Shown: in pieces, positions 1 to 7,416 of the stretch
Position numbering within the stretch: position 1 is the stretch's first letter
Layout: every line of letters starts with the position of its first letter
Origin: Candidatus Hermodarchaeota archaeon
GTDB lineage: Archaea > Asgardarchaeota > Lokiarchaeia > Sigyniarchaeales > SOKP01
Length of the DNA: 14,014 nucleotides
Assembly (NCBI GenBank): GCA_048885925.1
Contig: JBHLLG010000071.1
Coordinates: 1-14,014, forward strand
Reading direction: 5' to 3'
Position numbers and translations under genes: made by a program
The notes under the pieces: model-generated
Databases searched by the model: none
The model's input: only the letters and a program-made list of their open reading frames with translations
What the model was told of the DNA's origin: nothing

Positions 1-96
1 GCCAAAGAAAGAAGAGATCTGATTATGAAAAAAGATATTGTTAAAGAAGAAAAATTTGAGATTGAACATGAAGTTAATATCGATGAAGATGAATAA
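1..96 (+). CDS. 3' end of a paralogue of the 680..2557 membrane LbH (hexapeptide-repeat) protein; partial
   Basis: Frame 1 reads AKERRDLIMKKDIVKEEKFEIEHEVNIDEDE* (TAA at 94-96). It aligns without gaps to AEEKRDVIIKRDVDKAKKFKQIHEVNIDED near the C-terminus of 680..2557; HEVNIDED is identical. Not in the ORF track. Confidence 0.85.
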   Translation, partial: AKERRDLIMKKDIVKEEKFEIEHEVNIDEDE

Positions 97-114
97 GATT
101 TTGCTTAAAAGTTC

Positions 115-519
115 TTAATATATTTTATTTATTTCCAAATTTAATTGCTTCTTTAAAAACACCCTTAAGTTTTGACATGTAATTTTAAAATCTTGGTTAT
201 TTTGATAAAACAGATTAGTTCTAGGGCAATCTTCATCAAGTTTGCATCTTTTTTCATTTATATCGTAAATTAATGGGTAAAATCTACATCCTTGAGGTCG
301 AAACAGATAAATCGTGCAATTTTTAGAAGTATTATCGAAAAATACACAATAACCTCTCTTATTTTTCAGTTGGAATTGATCATTTTCATTTTTTAATACA
401 AAATCGTAACTATTTATAATATTAGAATATTTATTTTTTATTAATTCAATATCATTTTCGGATAAAATCATTTCTGTTTCCACACAGCATTTTCCGCAAT
501 TCTCACATGGATTTTTCAT
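115..519 (-). CDS. YkgJ family (CxxCxxCC) cysteine-cluster protein, putative Zn/Fe-S binding
   Basis: N-terminal CENCGKCC, then GYCVFFD...CTIY..RP.GCRFYP, the characteristic YkgJ/UPF0153 pattern. Confidence 0.88.
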   Translation of the reverse strand: MKNPCENCGKCCVETEMILSENDIELIKNKYSNIINSYDFVLKNENDQFQLKNKRGYCVFFDNTSKNCTIYLFRPQGCRFYPLIYDINEKRCKLDEDCPRTNLFYQNNQDFKITCQNLRVFLKKQLNLEINKIY

Positions 520-679
520 ATTAAGTCCTTATTTTTGCTTAATACTCATAAATTTAAAAGGAAAAAAAATTTATCTATTAAATTAATATAGAGATGAATT
601 AAGTTTTAATTGAGCAAGAATTTAAAAATATCAAATTTAACAATATTTTTGTATTATAGTAAAGAAAAATAACAAAAAA

Positions 680-2557
680 ATGAGCACTGAACAGAAAGAA
701 ACAGAACATCCTAATACGGGAGAAACAGATAATGAAGTAGTAAAAGAGGAACAAAGTCTTCAGTTTCATTTGTATATTATACTTTTCGCTATTATTTATT
801 ATATATCATGGGTTATACCAGGAATGGTATTTTGGTTATACTTTTTTTATCCTTTTCGAATTTACTTTTTAGAAAATCTTGGGTTTATATCAATTTTTAC
901 AGAACTAAGCTCATTGATAACACTTTTATTAATGCCACTTGTAATTATTTGTTGCTATTTACTACATTTAGTATTAATCGGATTGACGACGCGACTTTTA
1001 TGGAGAATCACGGAAAGAATCTCTCCATCAAGATCTGGCGTTATACCAAGGAATATAAGGAGTAGAGCTGCAAATTATTACCATATCAGGAGTTTTATGA
1101 TAAAGTATGGCAAGAATACTTTTGCTAAAGGAATTTTTCCTTGGTTATCTAATTGGTTTTTCAATACAGTTGGTTCAGACAAAATTGGTAAAAATACAAC
1201 GTTAGAAGAATCAGTGGGAAATGATAAATTTATAAATGTTGGTAAGAACTGCTATATTGGAGTAAATTCTACTCTAGCTAGTCATTTAATTCAAGGAATT
1301 TTTGGTAATATTTCCTACTTTGAAATTAAGCTTGGGGATAATGTTACAGCTGCTGGAATGAATCAAATTGGACCAGGAAGTGAGCTTCATGATAATTGCT
1401 TTTTGTTACCATTAGCTTCTACTAGTAAGCATAGTGTTGCGAAAGGTGCATATTATTTTGGAATTCCATTTCGAAAAATTTTTAGAAAAAAACTTATAAA
1501 TTATCTTGGAGTAACTGTAAAAAATTTAGAAATGAATGAGAATATCGAAGGTTATAAAGATAAAAAACTATTGAAGCGTATCAAAGAGAAGCAAAAACTA
1601 AATGAACAAAAAGCTGAAATTGTTGAAAATGGCATAATATTGGGTGATCTAGAAGAAAATGAAACTGATTTAAATAATTTAACAAAAGATGAATTAGCAA
1701 TTGATTTTAGTACTAGCTCAGCTATAAGTAGAGTTAATATAAAATTCCTAGCAGTATATTTACCTATTTTTTGGATTTCTGGTTTAATAATTACTATAAT
1801 ATGGTATTGGTACTCTGAAGATTTTATGAGTACTATGAAATTTAAATTAGGATTTTTTTTATTTTTCCCCTTAATGTTGTTTGGATTAATATATCTCTTT
1901 ATTTTAGCATGCATTCTCTTCAGTAAATTGCTATTAATATTAGTAAATTTAATCCATCGCCCAAAAGAGGGTGTTTTTAAAGCAGAAATAAGAGATACAG
2001 ATTTTGAGTTTTGGATGTTAAGAACCGAATTAAAGAAAATAGCCTTATGGTTCATGCGAAATTCTCCATTACCATGGACAGATGTAGTGTCTTTGAAACT
2101 ATTTGGAGTTAATATGGATTTCTCTAGTCATCTAAATGACGCATGGTGCGATGCTGAATTCATAAAATTTGGTAGAAAAAATTTAATTGGGCAAGGTGCA
2201 ACTATTAGTTCGAGTATGGTTATTGGAAAGTATTTATTAATTAAAAGTATAATTTTTGATGATTACGTAATGGTTGGAGGGCACGCATCAATATCTCCTG
2301 GAACAATAATGGGTAAGGAGACTGTGATTGGAGCCCTCAGTTCATCGACTTATAATCAGGTTTTAGAGCCAGGATGGGTTTATTTTGGATTCCCAGCAAT
2401 AAAACTGAAGGAAAACAAGTATGCTGAAGAAAAAAGAGATGTTATAATTAAACGGGATGTGGATAAAGCTAAAAAGTTTAAACAGATACATGAAGTCAAT
2501 ATTGATGAAGATAAAAAAAAATTAATTAAAACTGACAAAGAGATGAGAGAAACGTGA
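680..2557 (+). CDS. Membrane protein with two tandem TM-TM + left-handed beta-helix (hexapeptide-repeat acyltransferase-like) modules
   Basis: Two pairs of hydrophobic helices, each followed by hexapeptide repeats (IGKNTT/VGKNCYIGVNSTL/LGDNVT...YYFGIP and FGRKNLIGQGATI/VMVGGHASISPGTIMGKETVIGALS...YFGFPA), joined by a charged linker. Confidence 0.8.
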   Translation: MSTEQKETEHPNTGETDNEVVKEEQSLQFHLYIILFAIIYYISWVIPGMVFWLYFFYPFRIYFLENLGFISIFTELSSLITLLLMPLVIICCYLLHLVLIGLTTRLLWRITERISPSRSGVIPRNIRSRAANYYHIRSFMIKYGKNTFAKGIFPWLSNWFFNTVGSDKIGKNTTLEESVGNDKFINVGKNCYIGVNSTLASHLIQGIFGNISYFEIKLGDNVTAAGMNQIGPGSELHDNCFLLPLASTSKHSVAKGAYYFGIPFRKIFRKKLINYLGVTVKNLEMNENIEGYKDKKLLKRIKEKQKLNEQKAEIVENGIILGDLEENETDLNNLTKDELAIDFSTSSAISRVNIKFLAVYLPIFWISGLIITIIWYWYSEDFMSTMKFKLGFFLFFPLMLFGLIYLFILACILFSKLLLILVNLIHRPKEGVFKAEIRDTDFEFWMLRTELKKIALWFMRNSPLPWTDVVSLKLFGVNMDFSSHLNDAWCDAEFIKFGRKNLIGQGATISSSMVIGKYLLIKSIIFDDYVMVGGHASISPGTIMGKETVIGALSSSTYNQVLEPGWVYFGFPAIKLKENKYAEEKRDVIIKRDVDKAKKFKQIHEVNIDEDKKKLIKTDKEMRET

Positions 2558-3504
2558 GTGTACCAAATACAATGAGGGTGGGTCCTTTTACGCCCACAGT
2601 GTTGGTAAAAAAAAGATATTTAATTTTTTACATTCTGCTTATTTGGATAAGTATTATTCCTATACTTTTAGAGTTTTGGGTTTATTGGCGTTTCTTATGG
2701 AGTTATAGTCGACCAGTACATTTTTATACATTTCTTCCCCTTTTGGTATTTTTAATGTACGTAACACTTGTTTTTTCTGGTATTATTTTCGCTAAAATCT
2801 TATTAGTAATTGTTAATGCTATCAGAAAGCCCAGAGAAGGAATATTTTTACGAATTCCAGAAGATAAGGACTACCGGTACTGGAGCTTACGAAACACGAT
2901 AAAAAGATGGCCTATTTGGCTTGCTCACAGATTTCCATTTCCAGGGATTTTAGATAATATTTGCTTTAAAATGTTTGGGGTTAAAACCAAAATCTCGAAT
3001 TCATTATTTGAAGGCTGGGTAGACACAGAATTTATAGAATTCGGTAAGGATGTGGTAGTTGGACAAGGCGCAATTGTACAGTCGGCTGTAATTATAGGTA
3101 ATCTTTTAATAATACGAAAAACTGTTATTGAGGATGAAGTTAGAATAGGTTCACATGCCATTGTTATGCCTGGTACTCACATTGGGCAGCAAAGTATTCT
3201 CGCTGCTAATTCAGTTACAACAGTAGGCCAAGTTTTAGAAAGAGGGTATATATATGTAGGAATTCCTGCAAAAAAATTCAAGAGAAACTATTTTTTTGAA
3301 GATGGTTTAGAAGATAAAATAGGACATGTTGAAGATGTCGAGGCATTGCGAGAAAAATATGAAGAGATCTATACAAAACGATACGATCAGCTCACACTTA
3401 AAGAACGTCGTGAGTTAAGGAAAGAAAAGAAAGAAGAAGAGAAAAAAAGGTTTGATCTTGAGGCCGAAGAATGGGAAGAATTTGATGATGGTTTTAATAT
3501 CTAA
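2554..3504 (+). CDS. Membrane protein with a single TM-TM + left-handed beta-helix (acyltransferase-like) module
   Basis: GTG start overlaps the upstream TGA (GTGA at 2554-2557). Two TM helices, then FGKDVVVGQGAIV/IEDEVRIGSHAIVMPGTHIGQQSILAANS...YVGIPAK. Homologous to module 2 of the upstream gene (WVDTEFIEFG vs WCDAEFIKFG). Acidic, charged tail. Confidence 0.82.
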   Translation: MSVPNTMRVGPFTPTVLVKKRYLIFYILLIWISIIPILLEFWVYWRFLWSYSRPVHFYTFLPLLVFLMYVTLVFSGIIFAKILLVIVNAIRKPREGIFLRIPEDKDYRYWSLRNTIKRWPIWLAHRFPFPGILDNICFKMFGVKTKISNSLFEGWVDTEFIEFGKDVVVGQGAIVQSAVIIGNLLIIRKTVIEDEVRIGSHAIVMPGTHIGQQSILAANSVTTVGQVLERGYIYVGIPAKKFKRNYFFEDGLEDKIGHVEDVEALREKYEEIYTKRYDQLTLKERRELRKEKKEEEKKRFDLEAEEWEEFDDGFNI

Positions 3505-3596
3505 TGAGTTTAATATATTAAAATAGAGATTTTTTATAAAATTACTTTCTTTCAAGAATATAGTGTAATTAAAAAAAAAGAGATTTTTTTAATAAT

Positions 3597-4286
3597 TTAT
3601 TTGTTGATTTTTTGTTTTCTTATTAGTATAATAAAGACACTAGCGATAATGCCTATCAATAAGGGATAACTATAGCCAGGAATCTCTGTCTCTCCAGAAT
3701 TTCCTGTATCTTCTGGAGGATCAAAAGCATTAGTCTCAATAAATTCAAATGTTTGCCAATTTGTGTTATCTATCCTTGTACCATTTACAAGAAATCCTTT
3801 TGTCTTCTCAAACCAAAGTACACTTCCGTAATCATCTTCTAATACCCAAACTGCCATAGAGTCATAAGTTGATTCACCTGTAATATTATATATCGTATCA
3901 TCGTTCTTAAAAAAATCAAATAATGCAAATTGATCATCCAATGAAACATTTGCATATATCCAACAAAAATCATGGTAACCACTATCTGGTCCAAAGTCTT
4001 GCATATTTGATACAACTCTGGATGTAATATTTACATCCCAAGAACCTGTATCATGTACAGAGCCTCCTAATTCCCATTCTACATGAAAAATATCCTCTGA
4101 TGTTTTAGTCCATGTGAAAGTTGAAGGAAATTCTTCTGTGGTCATTGAAATACCATAAGTATGTTTAACATATATATTATTGAAAATTCCCACATCATTA
4201 GAATTAGCAATCGGGAGAAAGCCCGAAATTAATATTGAGATTGTAATTAATATCAATAAGGATTTCATTAGATTCGACTTTTTCAT
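3597..4286 (-). CDS. Secreted surface protein with C-terminal IPGY-TM-basic (Loki-CTERM-like) sorting signal; paralogue 1
   Basis: Signal peptide (MKKSNLMKSLLILITISILISGFLPIANS), beta-rich acidic body, low-complexity linker, then IPGYSYPLLIGIIASVFIILI-RKQKINK. Confidence 0.8.
   Translation of the reverse strand: MKKSNLMKSLLILITISILISGFLPIANSNDVGIFNNIYVKHTYGISMTTEEFPSTFTWTKTSEDIFHVEWELGGSVHDTGSWDVNITSRVVSNMQDFGPDSGYHDFCWIYANVSLDDQFALFDFFKNDDTIYNITGESTYDSMAVWVLEDDYGSVLWFEKTKGFLVNGTRIDNTNWQTFEFIETNAFDPPEDTGNSGETEIPGYSYPLLIGIIASVFIILIRKQKINK
3790..3860 (+). repeat. 71-bp near-identical segment, copy 1 (copy 2 at 4786..4856)
   Basis: 70/71 identity between the two paralogous genes; the single difference is G/A at 3828 vs 4824. 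Confidence 0.9.
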
Positions 4287-4344
4287 TTTTATTTATCATC
4301 CTTTATTAAAATTTTTATTAAGTAATATCTATTTCATAAATGTA

Positions 4345-4400
4345 TTTATAGATTTAACTTCGGAATATTCAAAAAATTTCAAAGTTCATTGATTTTTGAA
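4345..4400. promoter_or_regulatory. Conserved upstream element, copy A
   Basis: tttatagatttaacTTCGgaatattcaaaaaatTTCAAAgttcattgattTTTGAA. Aligns without gaps to copies B and C; ends about 59 nt upstream of the 4286 ATG. Confidence 0.7.
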
Positions 4401-4595
4401 TTTAATAATAAAAAATAAACCAGTCCAAAATTGAAATTTAGGTATATTATTCCTAGAAGATTGATTGAATTTCTCCAGACATATAATAACTCCAACTTTT
4501 TTAATTTTTAAAAAAAAATAGTCAAAATTTTTAAAAGAAAAGAAGATAAAATTCTGATTATATTCCTAAAAGGAGAATAAAAAATAAAAATTGAT

Positions 4596-5282
4596 TTAAA
4601 TTTTATTTTTTGATTTTTGGTTTTTTATTAGAATAATAGAGACACTAGCGATAATACTTATCAATAAGAGATAACTATATCCAGGGATTGCTGCACCATC
4701 AGTATCCTCTGGAGGTTCAAAAGCATTTGTTGATACAAATTCATATGAATTCCAATCTGTAAGATGATTAATTGTCCCATTCACTAGAAATCCTTTTGTC
4801 TTCTCAAACCAAAGTACACTTCCATAATCATCTTCTAATACCCAAACTGCCATAGAACCATGCATCGCTTCACCAGTAACATTAAATAAAACATCACCGT
4901 CAAAACCATGGACGCATCTCCAGATGTTACACATTGGAAATTGATCATTAATGGAGATATCCGTGTAAATCCAAAAGACCGAATGATTGCCATTAAAAGG
5001 ACCGAAATTCACCACATTTGATATAATTCTCGTGGTAATATTTACATCCCACGAACCATCATCATTAATAGGATCTTTCAATTCATTTTCAATACGAAAC
5101 GTATCCTCAGATATCTTTAAAAACGTTAGTGTCATAGGTATTTCCGTCCCTGGCATTGGAGAAAGAGTATAAGTATGATTTACATACATACCATCGAATA
5201 TTCCAATTTCATTAGAATAAGCAACCGAAAGAAAGCACGAAAGTAATATCGAGGAAGTAATTAATCCCAGTAATGATTTCAT
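4596..5282 (-). CDS. Secreted surface protein with C-terminal IPGY-TM-basic (Loki-CTERM-like) sorting signal; paralogue 2 (true start possibly ATT at 5300)
   Basis: Full-length similarity to 3597..4286 (GSWDVNIT; SMAVWVLEDDYGSVLWFEKTKGFLVNGT identical; IPGYSY). N-terminal signal peptide. Confidence 0.8.
   Translation of the reverse strand: MKSLLGLITSSILLSCFLSVAYSNEIGIFDGMYVNHTYTLSPMPGTEIPMTLTFLKISEDTFRIENELKDPINDDGSWDVNITTRIISNVVNFGPFNGNHSVFWIYTDISINDQFPMCNIWRCVHGFDGDVLFNVTGEAMHGSMAVWVLEDDYGSVLWFEKTKGFLVNGTINHLTDWNSYEFVSTNAFEPPEDTDGAAIPGYSYLLLISIIASVSIILIKNQKSKNKI
4786..4856 (+). repeat. 71-bp near-identical segment, copy 2 (copy 1 at 3790..3860)
   Basis: agaaatccttttgtcttctcaaaccaaagtacacttccRtaatcatcttctaatacccaaactgccataga. 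Confidence 0.9.
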
Positions 5283-5357
5283 TAATGTCGATTTTTTAAT
5301 TTTAATAAAACCTCATTATTTTAAATACTGTTAATAAATATTTAAATCACCAATTTA

Positions 5358-5413
5358 TTTTTAGATTGAGCTTCGGAAGAGTTTAGAAAGTTCGAAGTCT
5401 ATTGAATTTCGAA
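5358..5413. promoter_or_regulatory. Conserved upstream element, copy B
   Basis: tttttagattgagcTTCGgaagagtttagaaagTTCGAAgtctattgaatTTCGAA. Contains a perfect CTTCG-N17-CGAAG; 44/56 identical to copy C by hand count. Confidence 0.75.
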
Positions 5414-5673
5414 TTTTACCGATAGTTGTAAGATGATTTGAAATTTAAACATGGAATCTTTATCATTAAAACGGACAATTTACGAAAATTGTTGAAAATT
5501 TTCTATATTTGAGAAGAAAAATTATTAGAAGTTCCTTTATACAACAATTGCTGTCTAATACTTACTTCTCACAATTATTTAAGAATTAGTTTGGCAATTT
5601 TGCGCAAATAAATAATTTGCGAAGATCATTAATACTAACTAATCGAGTATTAATAAATTTTAAAAAAAAATAA

Positions 5674-5717
5674 ATAGAATAGGAGGAATAGTTGTTTACT
5701 AATCCTCTATTTTCTAT
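5674..5717. terminator. Imperfect inverted repeat downstream of the beta-helix gene; possible terminator or stabilising hairpin
   Basis: atagaatagGAGGAaTAGT-tgttt-ACTAaTCCTCtattttctat, with 9/10 pairs in the core stem. It lies about 40 nt past the 5756 stop and is followed on the - strand by a T9 run (the A run near 5662-5670). Confidence 0.4.
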
Positions 5718-5755
5718 CATTTATTTTAGATATATGGAAATGAAAGTTTAGCTCG

Positions 5756-7081
5756 TTAAAATTTAGGGAAAGATTGAACAAATTCTCTCTTCCGCTCCAT
5801 CGCTTCTTGGATTTCTGGACCTGGGGGATTACCTTGCATATTATTCATTCCAACTATGAGATTGTTGTCACCACCAAAATTTAACACATTCGTCTTTGTA
5901 GACCCTCCAACAACTATACAATTGAAGGAGTAAGCCAATACAATAGGAGCTGCCTGAGCATCAACATTTTGAACATTATTACCAAGCAGTAAGTTATTAT
6001 AAGCAGAAGCACAAAAAATACCATAAGATCCTGTACCGCGAATGATATTGTTAGAAAAAAATGCATCTTGCAGACCCTGTGTCCAAATTGCGCCCCAGTT
6101 TGCATCATCTAAAATAATTTTATTATTTAAGACAACTGCTTCGAGTGATTTGGGCGAAAAATCCATTAAAGATATACCATCGGAGTCAAGAGATAATACT
6201 TTTATAGTGTTATGAGTTATAAGCCATTGGGAGGGAGATTCCCTGGGAGGAGGCTGCATTACCCAAATACCACCAAAAAAAGTTGTTTCAATATAATTTC
6301 GAGAAATCTCCAATTTTGAATTGTCAACTTCAGCATTAATTATTCCAATAGCACCTTCTTTAATCGAATTTGACTTAATTGTAAATTCACAATTCATTAA
6401 TCCGTATGCTGTAATTCCTAACCATAGGGAGCTAAAATCACATTTAGTAACAATATGTCTTCCTGTTGTTGGTAAACCACCTCCATATTCAACTCCTACT
6501 CTAACATTAAAGCTTTTTACCGAAAAAAGAGGATGCCAAGGATCATAAAGTATTGTTCCTTCATGACCAGTAAATTTAACATCTTCAATTCGGGAATTTA
6601 TGTCTCCTGCTATTAGGATAGGCGCTAACAAATCGTCCCACCCTGGTCCCCATGGTTCAGCGGGCGAATAAGGCGTAATTTCAAAGCATAAATCCGAAAT
6701 ATAGGTATCTCCACCTATAAACGTAAATAAATGAGGTCCATAAGGACTAGATACTCCCGGTGCTCCAGAATCTAATCCTCTGAGGACATCAATTTTAGTA
6801 AGACCCATACCCGCCCCCATAAATGTACCATAGAAATTTTCAGCAATAATTGCATTTGTATAAAATTGACCTGGAGTTAATAGAACAATGCTTCCTGGAC
6901 CTGCAGCAATGGCATCATCAAATGCGGCTTGGATGTTTGCAGTATCGTCTCCCCCTGATGGAGTCACCGTAAAAGTAGGTGAATCAGCACGAACTATTCC
7001 GATTACTAAAGTAAAAGTTCCAAATATCATTACTAATGTAAAAATTCCGGTTAATAGACTTGATTTTGTTTTCGTTTTCAT
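5756..7081 (-). CDS. Secreted right-handed parallel beta-helix (pectin-lyase-fold) protein
   Basis: Signal peptide; TPSGGDDTANIQAAFDDA...IVLLTPGQFY cap typical of Pectate_lyase_3/beta-helix proteins; repeated I.S/N.N.I and G.GI rungs; SD-like GGAGTGA 6 nt before the ATG. Confidence 0.8.
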   Translation of the reverse strand: MKTKTKSSLLTGIFTLVMIFGTFTLVIGIVRADSPTFTVTPSGGDDTANIQAAFDDAIAAGPGSIVLLTPGQFYTNAIIAENFYGTFMGAGMGLTKIDVLRGLDSGAPGVSSPYGPHLFTFIGGDTYISDLCFEITPYSPAEPWGPGWDDLLAPILIAGDINSRIEDVKFTGHEGTILYDPWHPLFSVKSFNVRVGVEYGGGLPTTGRHIVTKCDFSSLWLGITAYGLMNCEFTIKSNSIKEGAIGIINAEVDNSKLEISRNYIETTFFGGIWVMQPPPRESPSQWLITHNTIKVLSLDSDGISLMDFSPKSLEAVVLNNKIILDDANWGAIWTQGLQDAFFSNNIIRGTGSYGIFCASAYNNLLLGNNVQNVDAQAAPIVLAYSFNCIVVGGSTKTNVLNFGGDNNLIVGMNNMQGNPPGPEIQEAMERKREFVQSFPKF

Positions 7082-7205
7082 ATTTATTCACTCCATTTTT
7101 CTAATTTTTGTTTTATTTCACTTTTTATCGAAAAAAATGATTAAATTTTATTTTTCGACCTCTTTTTATTAAATTTTGGTTATTGATATCTTTCCTATAA
7201 TTTTA

Positions 7206-7261
7206 TTTTTAGATTTGGCTTCGGAATATTGTATGAAGGTCGAAGTTTAACGAATTTCGAT
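7206..7261. promoter_or_regulatory. Conserved upstream element, copy C (in the divergent region between the beta-helix gene and the wHTH gene)
   Basis: tttttagatttggcTTCGgaatattgtatgaagGTCGAAgtttaacgaatTTCGAt, containing CTTCG-N17-CGAAG. Confidence 0.75.
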
Positions 7262-7416
7262 TTGAAATATAAAATAGATTTGAAATAAGCTTTTTTTTTA
7301 AAAAAAGAATATAAGTACATCTAGCATATTTTTAAATGAATATTTTAAGATAAGTTAATAACATGAGTAAAGTAATATGATAAATTAAAATAAGAGATCC
7401 ATGGTGTTTTCATAAG

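Noticed and set aside
808-3161. Alternative-frame and antisense ORFs 808..1065, 1552..2055 and 2925..3161
   Set aside because: Fully nested in well-supported genes and without recognisable motifs; shadow ORFs.
3790-4856. Diversity-generating retroelement TR/VR pair
   Set aside because: Only one mismatch, both copies lie inside homologous genes at the same position, and no reverse transcriptase is present.
5596-5624. Short palindromes TTTGCGCAAA and GCAAAT...ATTTGC
   Set aside because: Single occurrence and short; not distinguishable from chance.
4180-7172. ORFs 4180..4392, 4987..5172, 5914..6108, 6321..6548 and 6888..7172
   Set aside because: Overlap real genes antisense or out of frame; 4180..4392 also runs through the conserved non-coding element.
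4345-7261. CRISPR array or tandem repeat interpretation of the recurring motif
   Set aside because: Copies are 1-1.8 kb apart, degenerate and separated by whole genes; no cas genes.
7288-7308. T9A7 palindrome-like run, with similar runs near 4496-4518 and 5657-5670
   Set aside because: Low complexity and expected in very AT-rich spacers; may be oligo-T terminators, but this cannot be supported specifically.
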